Notes: generated from the sequence alone by a model not told the origin. Numbered from the whole stretch's first letter, positions 11,842 through 23,201 are shown. The stretch is DNA of 63,771 nucleotides, filler included, from Aduncisulcus paluster (GCA_024181965.1; 9 parts of 9 records of this genome joined end to end with filler, not necessarily neighbours in it); one strand, 5' to 3'. Numbers and translations are program-made.

Positions 11842-12181
11842 CAAGAATATCGTCAGTACACCGAAAAAAAGATTCATTGGTTATTAATAGATCTAAGGGT
11901 TCATCCCTTATCATTTTTGTGTAATTGTTCATGTTTTTGGCTTTATAATTGAAAGAGGAATTTTTCAGGAAGAATTATTACGCCATATAATTCCAACAAA
12001 CCCCATCATGGGGTGTCAGGATGATCCTGCTCAGAACAAGCACAAACCTAAAACCAATAAATTAATTAATATTGATTTTAATACGTTGAATATTATCTAT
12101 TGTTTGGCTAATGTGATGATACATCTAAACTTGTTTCTACATTGTGATTGTCGATTTGTCACACACAGGATAAGATAAGAT

Positions 12182-13309
12182 ATGTCAGATTCTGATGAAT
12201 TTATTGCACAGTTAGCCGGAATGGGTTTTGGTCCCATTGGAAAGCTTCAAGCAGCTTTTGCTCATACTGGGGGAAATCTTACAAATGCCATCGATTGGTT
12301 GGTGTCTCCGCAAGGACAGAATTGGGCTCCGGGATCCGATAGAGTTGTAGTACCCAGTCTTACAGTTCCTGGTTCAACTGAAACTCCGCCTGCCCCTATC
12401 CAACCTTTTATCCCTCCTCCCACTTCTACTGGCGTTTCTCCCTTTGCACAATCCCATGAGATGAGTGCGGACGCCCATAATCCATTCACAGATGCCTCGA
12501 CGGCTCCATTCTCATCCACTGAAACTCCTCCTACAACTACTGGCGTTTCTCCCTTTGCACAATCCCATGAGATGAGTGCAGACGCCCATAATCCATTCGC
12601 AGATACTTCCACGACCACATTCCCAGCAGTCACTGCCTCTACTACTGAAATTGTAACAAAAGCCGACCTTAAAGAAAAAGAAGCACAAGCTCGCAAATTG
12701 ATCGAAGAACGGAAGGCTTTGAAACAAGTTGCTGATAAACACGCTTCATGGGAAGCTGAGAGAAGGAGAATTGAGGATGGTAAGAAGATGGCCGAGACCC
12801 GTGATCAGCTTCGCGAACGCATGAAACTTGCTGAACGTGAGAAAGAAAGAAAAGCTGAGATTGAATATAGACAATACGCCAAAGTTGTTCGGGATAGAAT
12901 CAAAGAACAGAAGCGGATCCGTGCTCAGAATAATGGTCGAGTTGTCTCCGAAAGTGGTGCTGGATTGGCTCCCTCTGTGACGGCCACCACTGATTACAGC
13001 GATGTCCTGAAGCCAACGACTGGTGTTGCATGTGTAGCCACCAAGAAAATCCTCACTGCTGTTGCCAGACTCAGCAATGGATCCAATATCAAAGGTGGAC
13101 AGTTTGCTCGTTGTCTCCCCTTGCGAGAAATCTTTGGGTGGATAAGATCTCAAGCTAAGGAGCAACAAGGAGTTGATATGCCTCATTCATTTACAATCTC
13201 TGTCTCTGTCCCAGGTGGAGTTCGTACTTTCTCAGAATCTGCTGATGGAAGTACTGCTATCTCTGAACTGGGATTGGCTGATAGAGTTAGATTTATTGTG
13301 GATGAATAA
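12182..13309 (+). CDS. UBA + coiled-coil + UBX-like protein (UBXN1/SAKS1-like p97 cofactor)
   Basis: N-terminal QLAGMGF…AFAHTGGNLTNAIDWL; charged helix ERRRIEDGK; C-terminal ARLSNGSNIKGGQF…ISELGL. Confidence 0.75.
   Translation: MSDSDEFIAQLAGMGFGPIGKLQAAFAHTGGNLTNAIDWLVSPQGQNWAPGSDRVVVPSLTVPGSTETPPAPIQPFIPPPTSTGVSPFAQSHEMSADAHNPFTDASTAPFSSTETPPTTTGVSPFAQSHEMSADAHNPFADTSTTTFPAVTASTTEIVTKADLKEKEAQARKLIEERKALKQVADKHASWEAERRRIEDGKKMAETRDQLRERMKLAEREKERKAEIEYRQYAKVVRDRIKEQKRIRAQNNGRVVSESGAGLAPSVTATTDYSDVLKPTTGVACVATKKILTAVARLSNGSNIKGGQFARCLPLREIFGWIRSQAKEQQGVDMPHSFTISVSVPGGVRTFSESADGSTAISELGLADRVRFIVDE
12427..12611 (+). repeat. Internal coding duplication with a 111-nt period (TGVSPFAQSHEMSADAHNPF x2)
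   Basis: Near-identical copies at ~12427 and ~12538. Confidence 0.85.
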
Positions 13310-13483
13310 TAAATGTGATTTATAATATTAGTACACAGAAATTATGTATTTTTCATGTCAGTTTCACATCTTGGGTTCTTCAGAACGAAACAATATTTCC
13401 CCAAGACTCCAAATAACATATAATGATTATAATAATCCAATTAAAACTGAAGTACTCGAAAGTTTGAGAAGAATTCATCATAC

Positions 13484-13905
13484 TCATGCATTTTTGCCAT
13501 CTTCTTCATGATCTCTTCTCTTCCTTTCTTCTTTCTCTCTTCTGATATCACCATGAAACAGACGGAAAAGATGTTTATATCCAAATTTAACAATCAAATA
13601 ACCAATCACAAGCAAGAAAATCCCAAATCTAAACTCAGATATGGAAATTGTACCATCTTGAGAGTGTTTAAAAAACAATTTAGATACTATCCCGTTCTGT
13701 TGTGATAACTAATAAATTCAGGATATATAAAACCATAATACCATAAAAGATTGCTAGAATGGTCATAATAGACTTCAACAATGCTTCAACGTACGAATAC
13801 AATTATTAACAAAATCAAGACAAACAAAACAAAACAAATAATGGCAGCGGATTTTTGTGCTCTTACTTTCGTCTGTGAACGGGATTTTAATTGTTTTTGC
13901 TTCAT
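13484..13905 (-). CDS. Small two-TM membrane protein (~111 aa); exons 13905-13795 and 13708-13484
   Basis: MKQKQLKSRSQTKVRAQKSAAIICFVLFVLILLIIVF|LSQQNGIVSKLFFKH…; an 86-nt GTACGT..TTAG intron joins the exons in frame. Confidence 0.7.
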
Positions 13906-13987
13906 TTTTGTGCCCAAAAGGCACATTTCTTCACGAAATTGAAAGAAACAATGTTTTGCTCCGAATATAAGTTTTTAATCTCATTTT

Positions 13988-14209
13988 ATGATTGAACTTC
14001 TCCTATTTGATCGTATTGGGCATAGATTTAAAATTATTTGCAATGAAGATGATACCATTGGCAACATAAAAAAGATCGCCTCCTTGAAAACTGGTGTAAG
14101 ACCCGAAAAAATAAGATTGCAGAAGTGGTATGTTGTTTACCGAGATTATATGACACTTGAAGATCTGGAAATCCATGACGGAATGGGATTGGAGTTATAT
14201 TACATGTAG
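13988..14209 (+). CDS. UBL5: Ubiquitin-like protein Hub1/UBL5
   Basis: 73 aa; MIE…DRIG…[10 protein letters not shown]…KIRLQKWY…[13 protein letters not shown]. Confidence 0.95.
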   Translation: MIELLLFDRIGHRFKIICNEDDTIGNIKKIASLKTGVRPEKIRLQKWYVVYRDYMTLEDLEIHDGMGLELYYM

Positions 14210-14483
14210 GTTATTATACCACCTCGATACCGAATTTGCTGTTTATTTATTTACTAAATGTGATAAAGGTGATATATAGCAACCAAAGTATTGTACTTTT
14301 CGTATGATATGAGTTTTCCAGCTTATGGAATGGATACTCCTCTCATCATGCATGAGACAACATGATGTTCGATGCATATGACTTGAGTGGATTCACGCCT
14401 CACATGTTGGCAACAGATATTGTGACTGTTAGTCATTGGTCGAAGACGGTGCAAACATTCGTGCCATCGGGGAGACCTGTGGT

Positions 14484-14552
14484 GAGGTTGTAAGTTACAA
14501 CCTCTTTGAAGAGGAATATTTTTCCAAATATTCCTGGAATATCACGATAAAA
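14484..14552. repeat. Palindrome-rich dispersed element; a second copy lies in the opposite orientation at 49749-49811
   Basis: Reverse complement TTTTATCGTGATATTCCAGGAATATTTGGAAAAATATTCCTCTTCAAAGAGGTTGTA versus TTTTATCGTAATATTCCAGGAATATCTGGAATTATTTGGGAAAAATATTCTTAAGAGGTTGTA. Confidence 0.75.
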
Positions 14553-15154
14553 ACGTAGCTTAAAGTCACTGACTGGATGGCATCCGAATTCGAATTTCAT
14601 GACATTCTCTCTCCCTCGAATGCTTTATTTATGCGTGTTTTCTGATATCTATTTGAATTCGAACTTTTGGTACATTATTGTTCTTTATTTCATCGTGGAA
14701 AGGAGAGGATTCATCCAACGATTCGGAGTTCGAAATGTCTCGTTGTTCGGCGAACAAGTCTATTTTGCTGCATAAAAAAAAAATTGAAAAGACCAAAAAA
14801 TAGCATTGACATTTGTAATAAATGAGAGAATTAAAGATATAAACAGTTTTGCGACCGACGGTGGGACCGTGCAAAATTAAGCAAGCAGATAAAAATAAAA
14901 AAATAATAAATGAATAAGGGTATCATAGGATATTAATTTTAACGTTTTTAGAATATTGAAAAAGTCGCAGTGCGGCCGTTCATAAAATTTTCATTCAAAA
15001 CGTTGTAAGAGAGCCAAAATGAGGGGATCAAAAAAACGGGATGGAAATTGATTTTATTTAAAAAAGTAAATTTGCCTCTTTCATATTCCTGAAAGTACTA
15101 TAGGCCTACTCTCAACAAAATACTGTTTCTGGACTAAGAAAGTACCATAATATA

Positions 15155-16421
15155 ATGGAAGTTAAACAAGTCATTGGAATAGTCTATATTGTAATCGTGT
15201 GTATTGCCATCCTTGGTGCATTTTGGTGGCTTATTGGGTTGGACAAAGTTAAAATTGGAGAGTATGGAGTTCTCTACAATTCTGTGACTAAAAGAATTGT
15301 TGAAGATAAAACTGCTGGTCCCGGAAGACATTATGTTGGTTGGTTTAAGAAATATAGGACTTGGCCCGCCACTTACCTTACAATGGAACTTCTAAACGTT
15401 GTTGCCATTCCCCAAGAATCTACATTCACTAAATTTGATATCTCATTCCAATATACCTTGGATAAAGAATATGTCGCCACTATTTATTCCAAGTATATCG
15501 AGTTCGATATTTACGAGAATCGTTTGAAAGCTCAAATCAGAGATGGTATCCTCGAAGTCGTTGGAAATTACAAATACAACGAATTTTATACCTTGAGAAA
15601 CCCTCCCTATGACTCTGTCGACGATCTATGCTATGATTCTGAAGGCAATGAAAAAACATGTGTGAAAGAAGCGTTTTATGAAGAATTCCAGAATAAGTGC
15701 GAAGGATCTGCAGATGATGAAGGTCTTTATTGTGAGATCAAGAGTGTTCAGCTTCGTCGTATGTATTTCTCAGACACTCTCGAGGACAATATCGTTGCTC
15801 AGCAGGTTCTTGTTCAGCAACAAAACAATGAGAGCATTAGAAAAGATATTGCTGTTCAAGAACAAGCGCTTCAGGAAGTTTACTCTGAAACGGACCTTCT
15901 TGTCGCTCAGATTCTGTATGCCAAAGTGGAAGCCGACAACTCTGTCACTCCTGGATATTATGTGACTGGAAACCAGACTGTCTCGGATGGATATGGAACT
16001 GCTGTTGCCACTATCACTGCTTCTGAGCTTGAAGTTATTGAGGCTCTTCAAGACGCGGTTGATGGACCTGGTCTCACAGATGCTCAGATTCTTGCTTACC
16101 AAAAGGTTAGAATGGAAAGAGAGAAAGAACAAANNNNNNNNNNNNNNNNNNNNCTCTGAAACGGACCTTCTTGTCGCTCAGATTCTGTATGCCAAAGTGG
16201 AAGCCGACAACTCTGTCACTCCTGGATATTATGTGACTGGAAACCAGACTGTCTCGGATGGATATGGAACTGCTGTTGCCACTATCACTGCTTCTGAGCT
16301 TGAAGTTATTGAGGCTCTTCAAGACGCTGTTGATGGACCTGGTCTCACAGATGCTCAGATTCTTGCTTACCAAAAGGTTAGAATGGAAAGAGAGAAAGAA
16401 CAAATTGTTGTTGCCATGTGA
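15155..16421 (+). CDS. SPFH/Band-7 membrane protein (N-terminal TM); C-terminus duplicated across the gap at 16134-16153
   Basis: TM followed by VKIGEYGVLYN…GPGRHYVGWF…FDISFQY…EIKSVQLR. 15883-16133 is repeated at 16154-16404. Confidence 0.8.
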
Positions 16422-16708
16422 GTAAATTGTTGGTGAGTTTTTTTGACATAAACAAGACACTTATTAATATTTTCTTCAAGAAAATCTACAAGTTGTAGAC
16501 TCGTCGATCGACTACTTTCACAAGATGTCAAGGAATATTTTTGTTCAAATGCGCTATATTTATTTATTACCTATTGAATTTAACAGATTTAATTCGAATG
16601 CAAATATTGAAAAATCGAAAGGAAATTTTCGAGCATTTACATCATAAATTTTTTGAAGTAACCTTCTTTTTTCATAATTATATCATATATACATTTGAAT
16701 TCTATTGA

Positions 16709-18268
16709 ATGGAGTTTTCTAAACCCATATCTCCAGGGATTAAACCCTCTCCAAGACCAATATTCTACCAATCTTTTGGCAGTAGCACAATGTCCCCTCA
16801 ACTTCCTGATCATTTGAAAGGCCCTTCTTCGTCTCGAGCTTCATCTAGAGCTTCATTATCTCAATTAGGAATGTCAGTCTTGCACACGAGTGAAATCCAG
16901 GACTTTGAGACACTTAAAGGATTAAGAGATGAAGTTTCTACGCTTAGAGGTGAAAATTTTAATCTTAAAGTTCAAGTTTTTCAACTAGAAGAATCCCTAC
17001 AAAAAGTGGAAGGAATCGATATAGATGATGTTAGGCGAACGATGGCTCGATCTAGGATGGCATCATCAATCGTTTCTGAACTTGAAAAGAAAGATGCAAT
17101 CTTAAATAAGTCAAGATATGATATTGGATATTTAGAGCAACGCGAGCAAATACTCTCAACCCGGATTGAGGCCTCTCAGAATGAAACTCGTCATTTAAAA
17201 CAAAAATTAGATGAGATGAAAAGTGAAACCAGCGATCTTGAGAAAAAATTGAAAGTCAAAAATGAGGAATGTGCTGAAAAAGAGACCCAACTTTCTCAAC
17301 AGTTAGTTGAATTGTCTTCATTGAAAGGCAAGGAAGAATTGATGAAACAGGAGAAAAAAACATCCGATCAAACTATTTCCAACCTCAAAGACGAATTTGA
17401 TGCTCTTTTCATCAAACATCGTGATCTTCAACATTCATTCGATTCCCTGAAATCTGAGAGTGAACATGTCAAAATAGCATTCGAAGAGACCAAACAAGAT
17501 GTGAATATACTGCGAGTGAGATACGATTCATGCTTGCACGACCTAGAAGAAACCAAATTTTCCTTACTCAAGAGAGAAGGAGAAATGCAAGAGTTGAAGG
17601 ATTCTCTTGAGAAGCAAACGAAAGAATTGAATTCTAGTCAAGCAGAACGGAGAAAATTGGAATCAAAGGTGAGTTCTATCCGGTTGGAATGTGAAAGAAA
17701 GGATAATTCAACATCGAGACTTGATACTGAGGTTTCTGCCTTGAAAGTTGAATTAGAATCTATCAAGAAAGAAAATATAAGGATTTTAGAAGAAAAAAAG
17801 ATCCAAAAAGAAGAAATACGAGGTTTAGAAAAGGAAAGAGACTCTTTGAAGAAAGAAAATTTGTCCTTTTCACATGATAAGGAAGCATTGATTTCTGAAA
17901 ATGAAGATTTGAGAGCCAGAATTAATAGATTTTACGTGTCATGTGAAGAATCTCGTTCTTTATCGCAATCTCTTGTTGTTGAACGTGAGGAACAGCAAGA
18001 TCAGTTGATTAAAATAACGTCTGAACGTGATAAATATTTTCACACTGCCAAGAAGTATAAACAAAAGATTCTTGATATTGGAAAGAAGATGAAAGAGGCA
18101 TTGGTCAGCCAAAGAGAGGCTGCTGAGGCCGCTGCAGCCTGGAAACAACGATGCGATGATCTTGCTTCCCATATTATCTCAGCCACTCAAAAACGCAGTG
18201 ATAATACATGTTGCCTCACTTTAGCAACCAATATTTTGCAGGTTGTTGCACTCTTTGCAGACGAATAA
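16709..18268 (+). CDS. Coiled-coil protein with a centrosomin motif 1 (CM1/Cnn_1N)
   Basis: LKGLRDEVSTLRGENFNLKVQVFQLEESL resembles the CM1 consensus L..ENFxLKL+I.FLEE; a long coiled coil follows. Confidence 0.7.
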   Translation: MEFSKPISPGIKPSPRPIFYQSFGSSTMSPQLPDHLKGPSSSRASSRASLSQLGMSVLHTSEIQDFETLKGLRDEVSTLRGENFNLKVQVFQLEESLQKVEGIDIDDVRRTMARSRMASSIVSELEKKDAILNKSRYDIGYLEQREQILSTRIEASQNETRHLKQKLDEMKSETSDLEKKLKVKNEECAEKETQLSQQLVELSSLKGKEELMKQEKKTSDQTISNLKDEFDALFIKHRDLQHSFDSLKSESEHVKIAFEETKQDVNILRVRYDSCLHDLEETKFSLLKREGEMQELKDSLEKQTKELNSSQAERRKLESKVSSIRLECERKDNSTSRLDTEVSALKVELESIKKENIRILEEKKIQKEEIRGLEKERDSLKKENLSFSHDKEALISENEDLRARINRFYVSCEESRSLSQSLVVEREEQQDQLIKITSERDKYFHTAKKYKQKILDIGKKMKEALVSQREAAEAAAAWKQRCDDLASHIISATQKRSDNTCCLTLATNILQVVALFADE

Positions 18269-18364
18269 GTTCAGTTGAAGGATTTATTGATTGTGACTCA
18301 CAATTTGTCCAAAAACAGATGAAATGATATTATAATAAATTATTATTAATAATATTATTAATAT

Positions 18365-21020
18365 TTAATGAATCGGAATCGGTTTTATGCACGGCAGAAG
18401 AGGAATAAGAGTCGATAGATCCGTCAGCAGAGAGTCAATAATAAATTCATGAGAACCTTCTTCGAGAGTGACAACTAATTGGTTGTCGGCATCTTTTGAA
18501 ATAGAATCCTGGATCACAGCGTGTTTCAAGGAAATACCATGTCTGAATAAGTTCCTAGTCTCAGAAGAATCAATAGAATCACTGGAATCGAGTATCTGAA
18601 TGAAAGTGGAATCATTAGAAAAGGACCAAGAGTCAAACCATTGTGCTGCAGGGTTGGTAAAGAAATTCGATGAACAGAAATCGATGTCCTCTTCAGCAAT
18701 TGCAAAAGAGGTATCTTCAGGATGCAATCATATCTGCGGTCGAAAGACCAGCTTCATCTTCATCTGTCTCAGTAAGCTCAATATTGGGACCAAGAGCTAG
18801 AGATACCAATAGACGACTGTTATCACGGTCTGATATCCCATTAGTTCTCATCGGTTACAGTCGTGGTACCTTCAAGCACACCATCAGCATCACTGATGCT
18901 TTATAGTGGCACTATTGGAGGAAGAAGTACTACTTTGAATAGTATTCAAACTAACCATATATTACTAATATACCTTCGCTCGTGACAATCAGATTGTACA
19001 TGGAACTGTTATCAGAGACAAGAGATGTGGGTTTAGTATGATAGAACAAATGGGAGTTCCGTTGAAGAGGTGAGAATGAGTGTCTTCTAGTCATCTTCTG
19101 GCCAGTAGAAAGTACGATAAGAGTACTCGAGTTGATGTAATACTTCTGCACTTCATAGAACTTCATAGAACATATGAACATACTGACTGCCATACTCATA
19201 CAGCTCCACCTCAGGTACAAAGCCAACCCATTCATCGGACGAGGGACGATTGTGAGTGGTAAATGCATATGTACTCAGAGATCCATCTTCAGCTTCATTG
19301 AGGAAGTGAGTAGAGAAAGAGTAATCGGTGACAACACCTTCAGAATCGGTTGTAGGGGTTGATGTTGGATGATTTCCAGAGATAATGCTGGGCATACATG
19401 GAACTTACGCATTTACAGCATTCATGGTTGGCAGTATCTCCATCAGTACAATCGACAGATGAACATGATTCAGACAAATTGAGTTCTCTATCGCATGAAG
19501 CAAGAGCTGTGGCATCAAAATTGTCAGGTTTGTCCTCACGTTCAATTTTAGTGTTAGAAATACATAATGCTGGGTCATCACCACTGCAATCAGAGAGATC
19601 AATACCAAAGACTTCAGAAGAATCTCCAAAACTAGCTAAACTTCCCCAAGACGATTTGTCAACTTGTGATTGTTTAAGAACAATTTCTCTTGCTCTCTCA
19701 CAAACAGTGTAATCGTTATATGGTGTGCCCTTAACGAAAGACACATACATCATATTATCCACAATAATAGCATTCTCACCAACAGAACTCAGATCAAGTT
19801 CCCTATCACCTGAAGTTATAGAGTACACGTCACCATCATAGTCAGTCACAGAAACCCAGAGGTCCAGGAACATCAACATAGGTGGAACTCTTATGAGTGA
19901 CGTTCGACTGGTATAGGACAATTGAAGAGTAAGTGTTGGAGCTTGCAGAAGGAATCTCAGAGCCAGTAGCTTGGAAAGTGATGTCTCTTCCATCAATAGC
20001 AGTAACAAGGCCTCGGAACAGACGGACAGTATCTCCATCGGCACTCTTTGTCTGCACAGTCATGGGTAGGGCTCCACCAAACGATTCGATGGCAGAAGTG
20101 AAGGAAGTCCAGGACCCATTGACCATTGTGACAGCTCTCAGGATACGCATTGTCTTCTGGGAAGTATCAGTGTACTGGTCGATGGATCCAATGGTAATGA
20201 GGAAAGATTGTTGAGAAACTGTTCCAATTAATGCGTCAGAAGTGCTAGAGTTGGTCCAAGTTGAGCTTACAAAGCCTTCACCACCCAAGATGCTACCACC
20301 ATCCTTGCCACGGAAACGTTCGACAAGGACTTCTTTATAGATGGCCATGGCATCGTTAGAAGGCGGAATCACTGTAGAAATGTCAGAAGTGGATACAGAA
20401 TGGGAAGAATCACCAATAGCCATGTTTACATAGTTAGAGGGTTTCATCGACAGAGAGAAACTGTGCATTATCTCCACTGGAATCAAAGAAAGAAAGGGGA
20501 TTGTGGAGAACTGATCGGCTTGTAGAGCATTGGAATGGATATGAATGTCACATTGAGCTTCTCCAAGAAGACAGTCTTTCTGAGCGCTTTTTAAATGGTA
20601 TGAATTCCCATTAGCATCATTATTCACCATGGAATGCGTGATTTCTTGATTAATATGTGATCCACCGTCGGGTATTGTTACAAATTGACCGTCAGTAGGG
20701 AAAGGAAGAGTCACGAAAGTTACTGCTGATTCACTCCTTGAAATGAGTACAAATCCTTCTGAAATAGCAGATTTAACAGAACCATCTTCTGTGGCGTTGA
20801 AAAAAGAATAGTCAACAGAAAGGATACCGTCATTTAGTCCAGCATACTTTATATATGCCAAAAGAGTTCAGATCAGATGAATAAATTGGGTATCGTGATT
20901 GTGTAATGTAGCATCTCCATCGACTATATCATATTCAATATGACAAACAAGTTGTTTGTATGATACAAATCAAATCATTAAATTGAACTTCAGAAAGATG
21001 ATAAGGGCTCTCAATCTAAT
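18365..21020 (-). pseudogene. 5'-truncated, multiply frameshifted paralog of the membrane protein at 50286-52499
   Basis: Near-identical DNA to 50610-52499 but broken into several ORFs; it also preserves C-terminal sequence missing from the other contig. Confidence 0.85.
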
Positions 21021-21373
21021 GAATATTAAAGGTTCCGAATCCATTTTTTTATAAAATTCTTTAAATTCATACAAAAAGGCGAATTCATTGTTGCTTGTCA
21101 CATCACAACGGTTGTGGACATTTAAGTCTTATTATCTGATACATGTCGAATAAAATATCCAGTAATATGATAATTTACTGCAAAAGTTTTACGCATATAT
21201 TTCTTCTTTCCGATGATAACGAAAAATGTCAATCCCATTGAATTAAAAGAAAAAAACAAAAGAATAAATCTATGAATGCAATAAAAATCAGATATAACAA
21301 ACATTTTGTATGACTATAGGATATTACATTATAGAAATGAATTGCGGGTTATATTATTGTCTTTTTTGTCAAG

Positions 21374-22115
21374 ATGTCGTGGTTCCAGCCAAAAGAAGAA
21401 GCTGAGAAACGGTTCGATAGAAGATTTGGACCAACAGTACGTTATTATGCTTTTTTTTTTAAACTATTTTAAAAAATAATATGGATCTCTTATTTGAAAT
21501 TTTACCGAGACAATTATTCTCTGCCAATGGGAAAAAATACCCAGACAAAATGAAGCTTTGCCACGCCCCAAAGAAAAAGAAAGTGAAGAGTATGGAGAAG
21601 AGGATGGCCTTTATGAGTCTGAGGAAGAAGAGGAGGAAGAGGATGGAATTTTTTCAGAGAGGCCGATTGTTCCCCAATCGAAAACCATTCCAGTCCAAAT
21701 GTCTGAGTTAACTATTATTCCAAAGACTCAAACCATCATTTCAAAACCAACTTCTCCAAAGGTTGTTCCAAAGCCAATATCAATGCATATACCTCCAAAA
21801 GAAGTTGATTTATTTGATTTTAATTTCTCGATGGCGAGGAAAGTACCCATACAAAATGAAGCTTTGCCACGCCCCAAAGAAAAAGAAAGTGAAGAGGATG
21901 GAGAAGAGGAGGAAGAGGATGAAATTTTTTCAGAGAGGCCGATTGTTCACCAATCGAAAACCATTCCAGTCCAAATGTCTGAGTTAACTATTATTCCAAA
22001 GACTCAAACCATCATTTCAAAACCAACTTCTCCAAAGGTTGTTCCAAAGCCAATATCAATGCATATACCTCCAAAAGAAGTTGATTTATTTGATTTTAAT
22101 TTCTCGATGGCGAGG
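21374..22115 (+). CDS. Hypothetical acidic/Pro-rich protein, 3'-truncated; exon 1 21374-21436, probable intron 21437-21509
   Basis: MSWFQPKEEAEKRFDRRFGPT|TIILCQWEKIPRQNEALPRPK; GTACGT donor; the only in-phase acceptor is GAG. Confidence 0.6.
21546..22115 (+). repeat. Coding tandem repeat with a ~306-nt period
   Basis: QNEALPRPKEKESE…VDLFDFNFSMAR occurs twice; the copies differ in the acidic segment. Confidence 0.85.
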
Positions 22116-22215
22116 NNNNNNNNNNNNNNNNNNNNNNNNNNNNNNNNNNNNNNNNNNNNTTAATTAATTAANNNNNNNNNNNNNNNNNNNNNNNNNNNNN
22201 NNNNNNNNNNNNNNN
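22116..22215. other. Artificial contig linker (N-TTAATTAATTAA-N)
   Basis: Six-frame-stop spacer. The same linker occurs at 26726-26825, 37639-37738, 41681-41780, 52500-52599, 56116-56215, 59577-59676 and 62511-62610. Confidence 0.97.
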
Positions 22216-23165
22216 TCTAAATCCAGTTCAAGTTCAGTGGTCCAAACCATGATTAAACTTTATGATAGTGATCGAATTTTGTTGCCTATTGATTTTTCTT
22301 CGCTTAATCTTTCCGTTATCACTGAATGTCTGGATTTTTATCAAGCTAATAAGGAACTTTGTGACTTTTCAAAATATTCATACAATTCCTACGAGATTTC
22401 TGAAGCTTGTTCCTATGTTTTCTTCCTCACGGAGATATTAGGTCTTATTTATTGTGATATTGTTTCAATTCCCCAGATTCAAAAGGTGGCATCAGGTGGT
22501 GATGTGGATATCAGCATTAACATGGGTGTTTATGGCGGAGCTGCCAAATTTTCCGAACAAAATAGAGTCATAAAACTCTCCTTGAAGTCTCTACTGCACT
22601 ATTTTTTCCTTGTTGACCAGAATTACACCCATACAGCCCCGTATCACTGTCACAAGCATGGAGCTTCACATTTTCACCTCACAACTTTGCTTACAGCAAA
22701 TCTTCGCTCCCATTTCACTAGTTTAGGTTTTCCCGAACTCATTTCAAAAGGTGACATGCTCATATTTATGTTAGGCGCCGCTTCGCATGATCTTAGACAC
22801 CCAGGACTCTCCCAGAAGTTTTTACAGCAACATGCCCATCCAATAGCCACATTACATGGCCCTATCAGTCCCCTTGAGCGTCACCATGTCAGCGTTGCCT
22901 GCCAGCTTCTTCTTGAGGTTGGTCTTTTCGAACTCCAAGATTATCTGATTGTTCGCCGATCTTTGTTTAGGCTCATAATGGTAACTGCCATGGATGTCAA
23001 GTATGATTTCGTTGGCTTTGTCAAATCCACCAATGTTGATTCCTTATTGGAATATCTTACCAAGCACCAAGGAGATCTTTCCTTCCAACCTGATTTTACT
23101 CAAACTCCAGAGCAATCTATGTTGGGAACTCCTCCACTCACCTCGTTTTCACTCTCTCTCCTCGG

Positions 23166-23201
<36 letters not shown>

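Noticed and set aside
12262-13186. Antisense ORFs over the UBX gene, and similar shadow ORFs over Sec7, eIF3c, TTLL and others
   Set aside because: They are shadows of the real CDS with no independent motifs.
14629-14874. 81-aa minus-strand ORF
   Set aside because: Non-ATG start, intergenic composition and no motifs.
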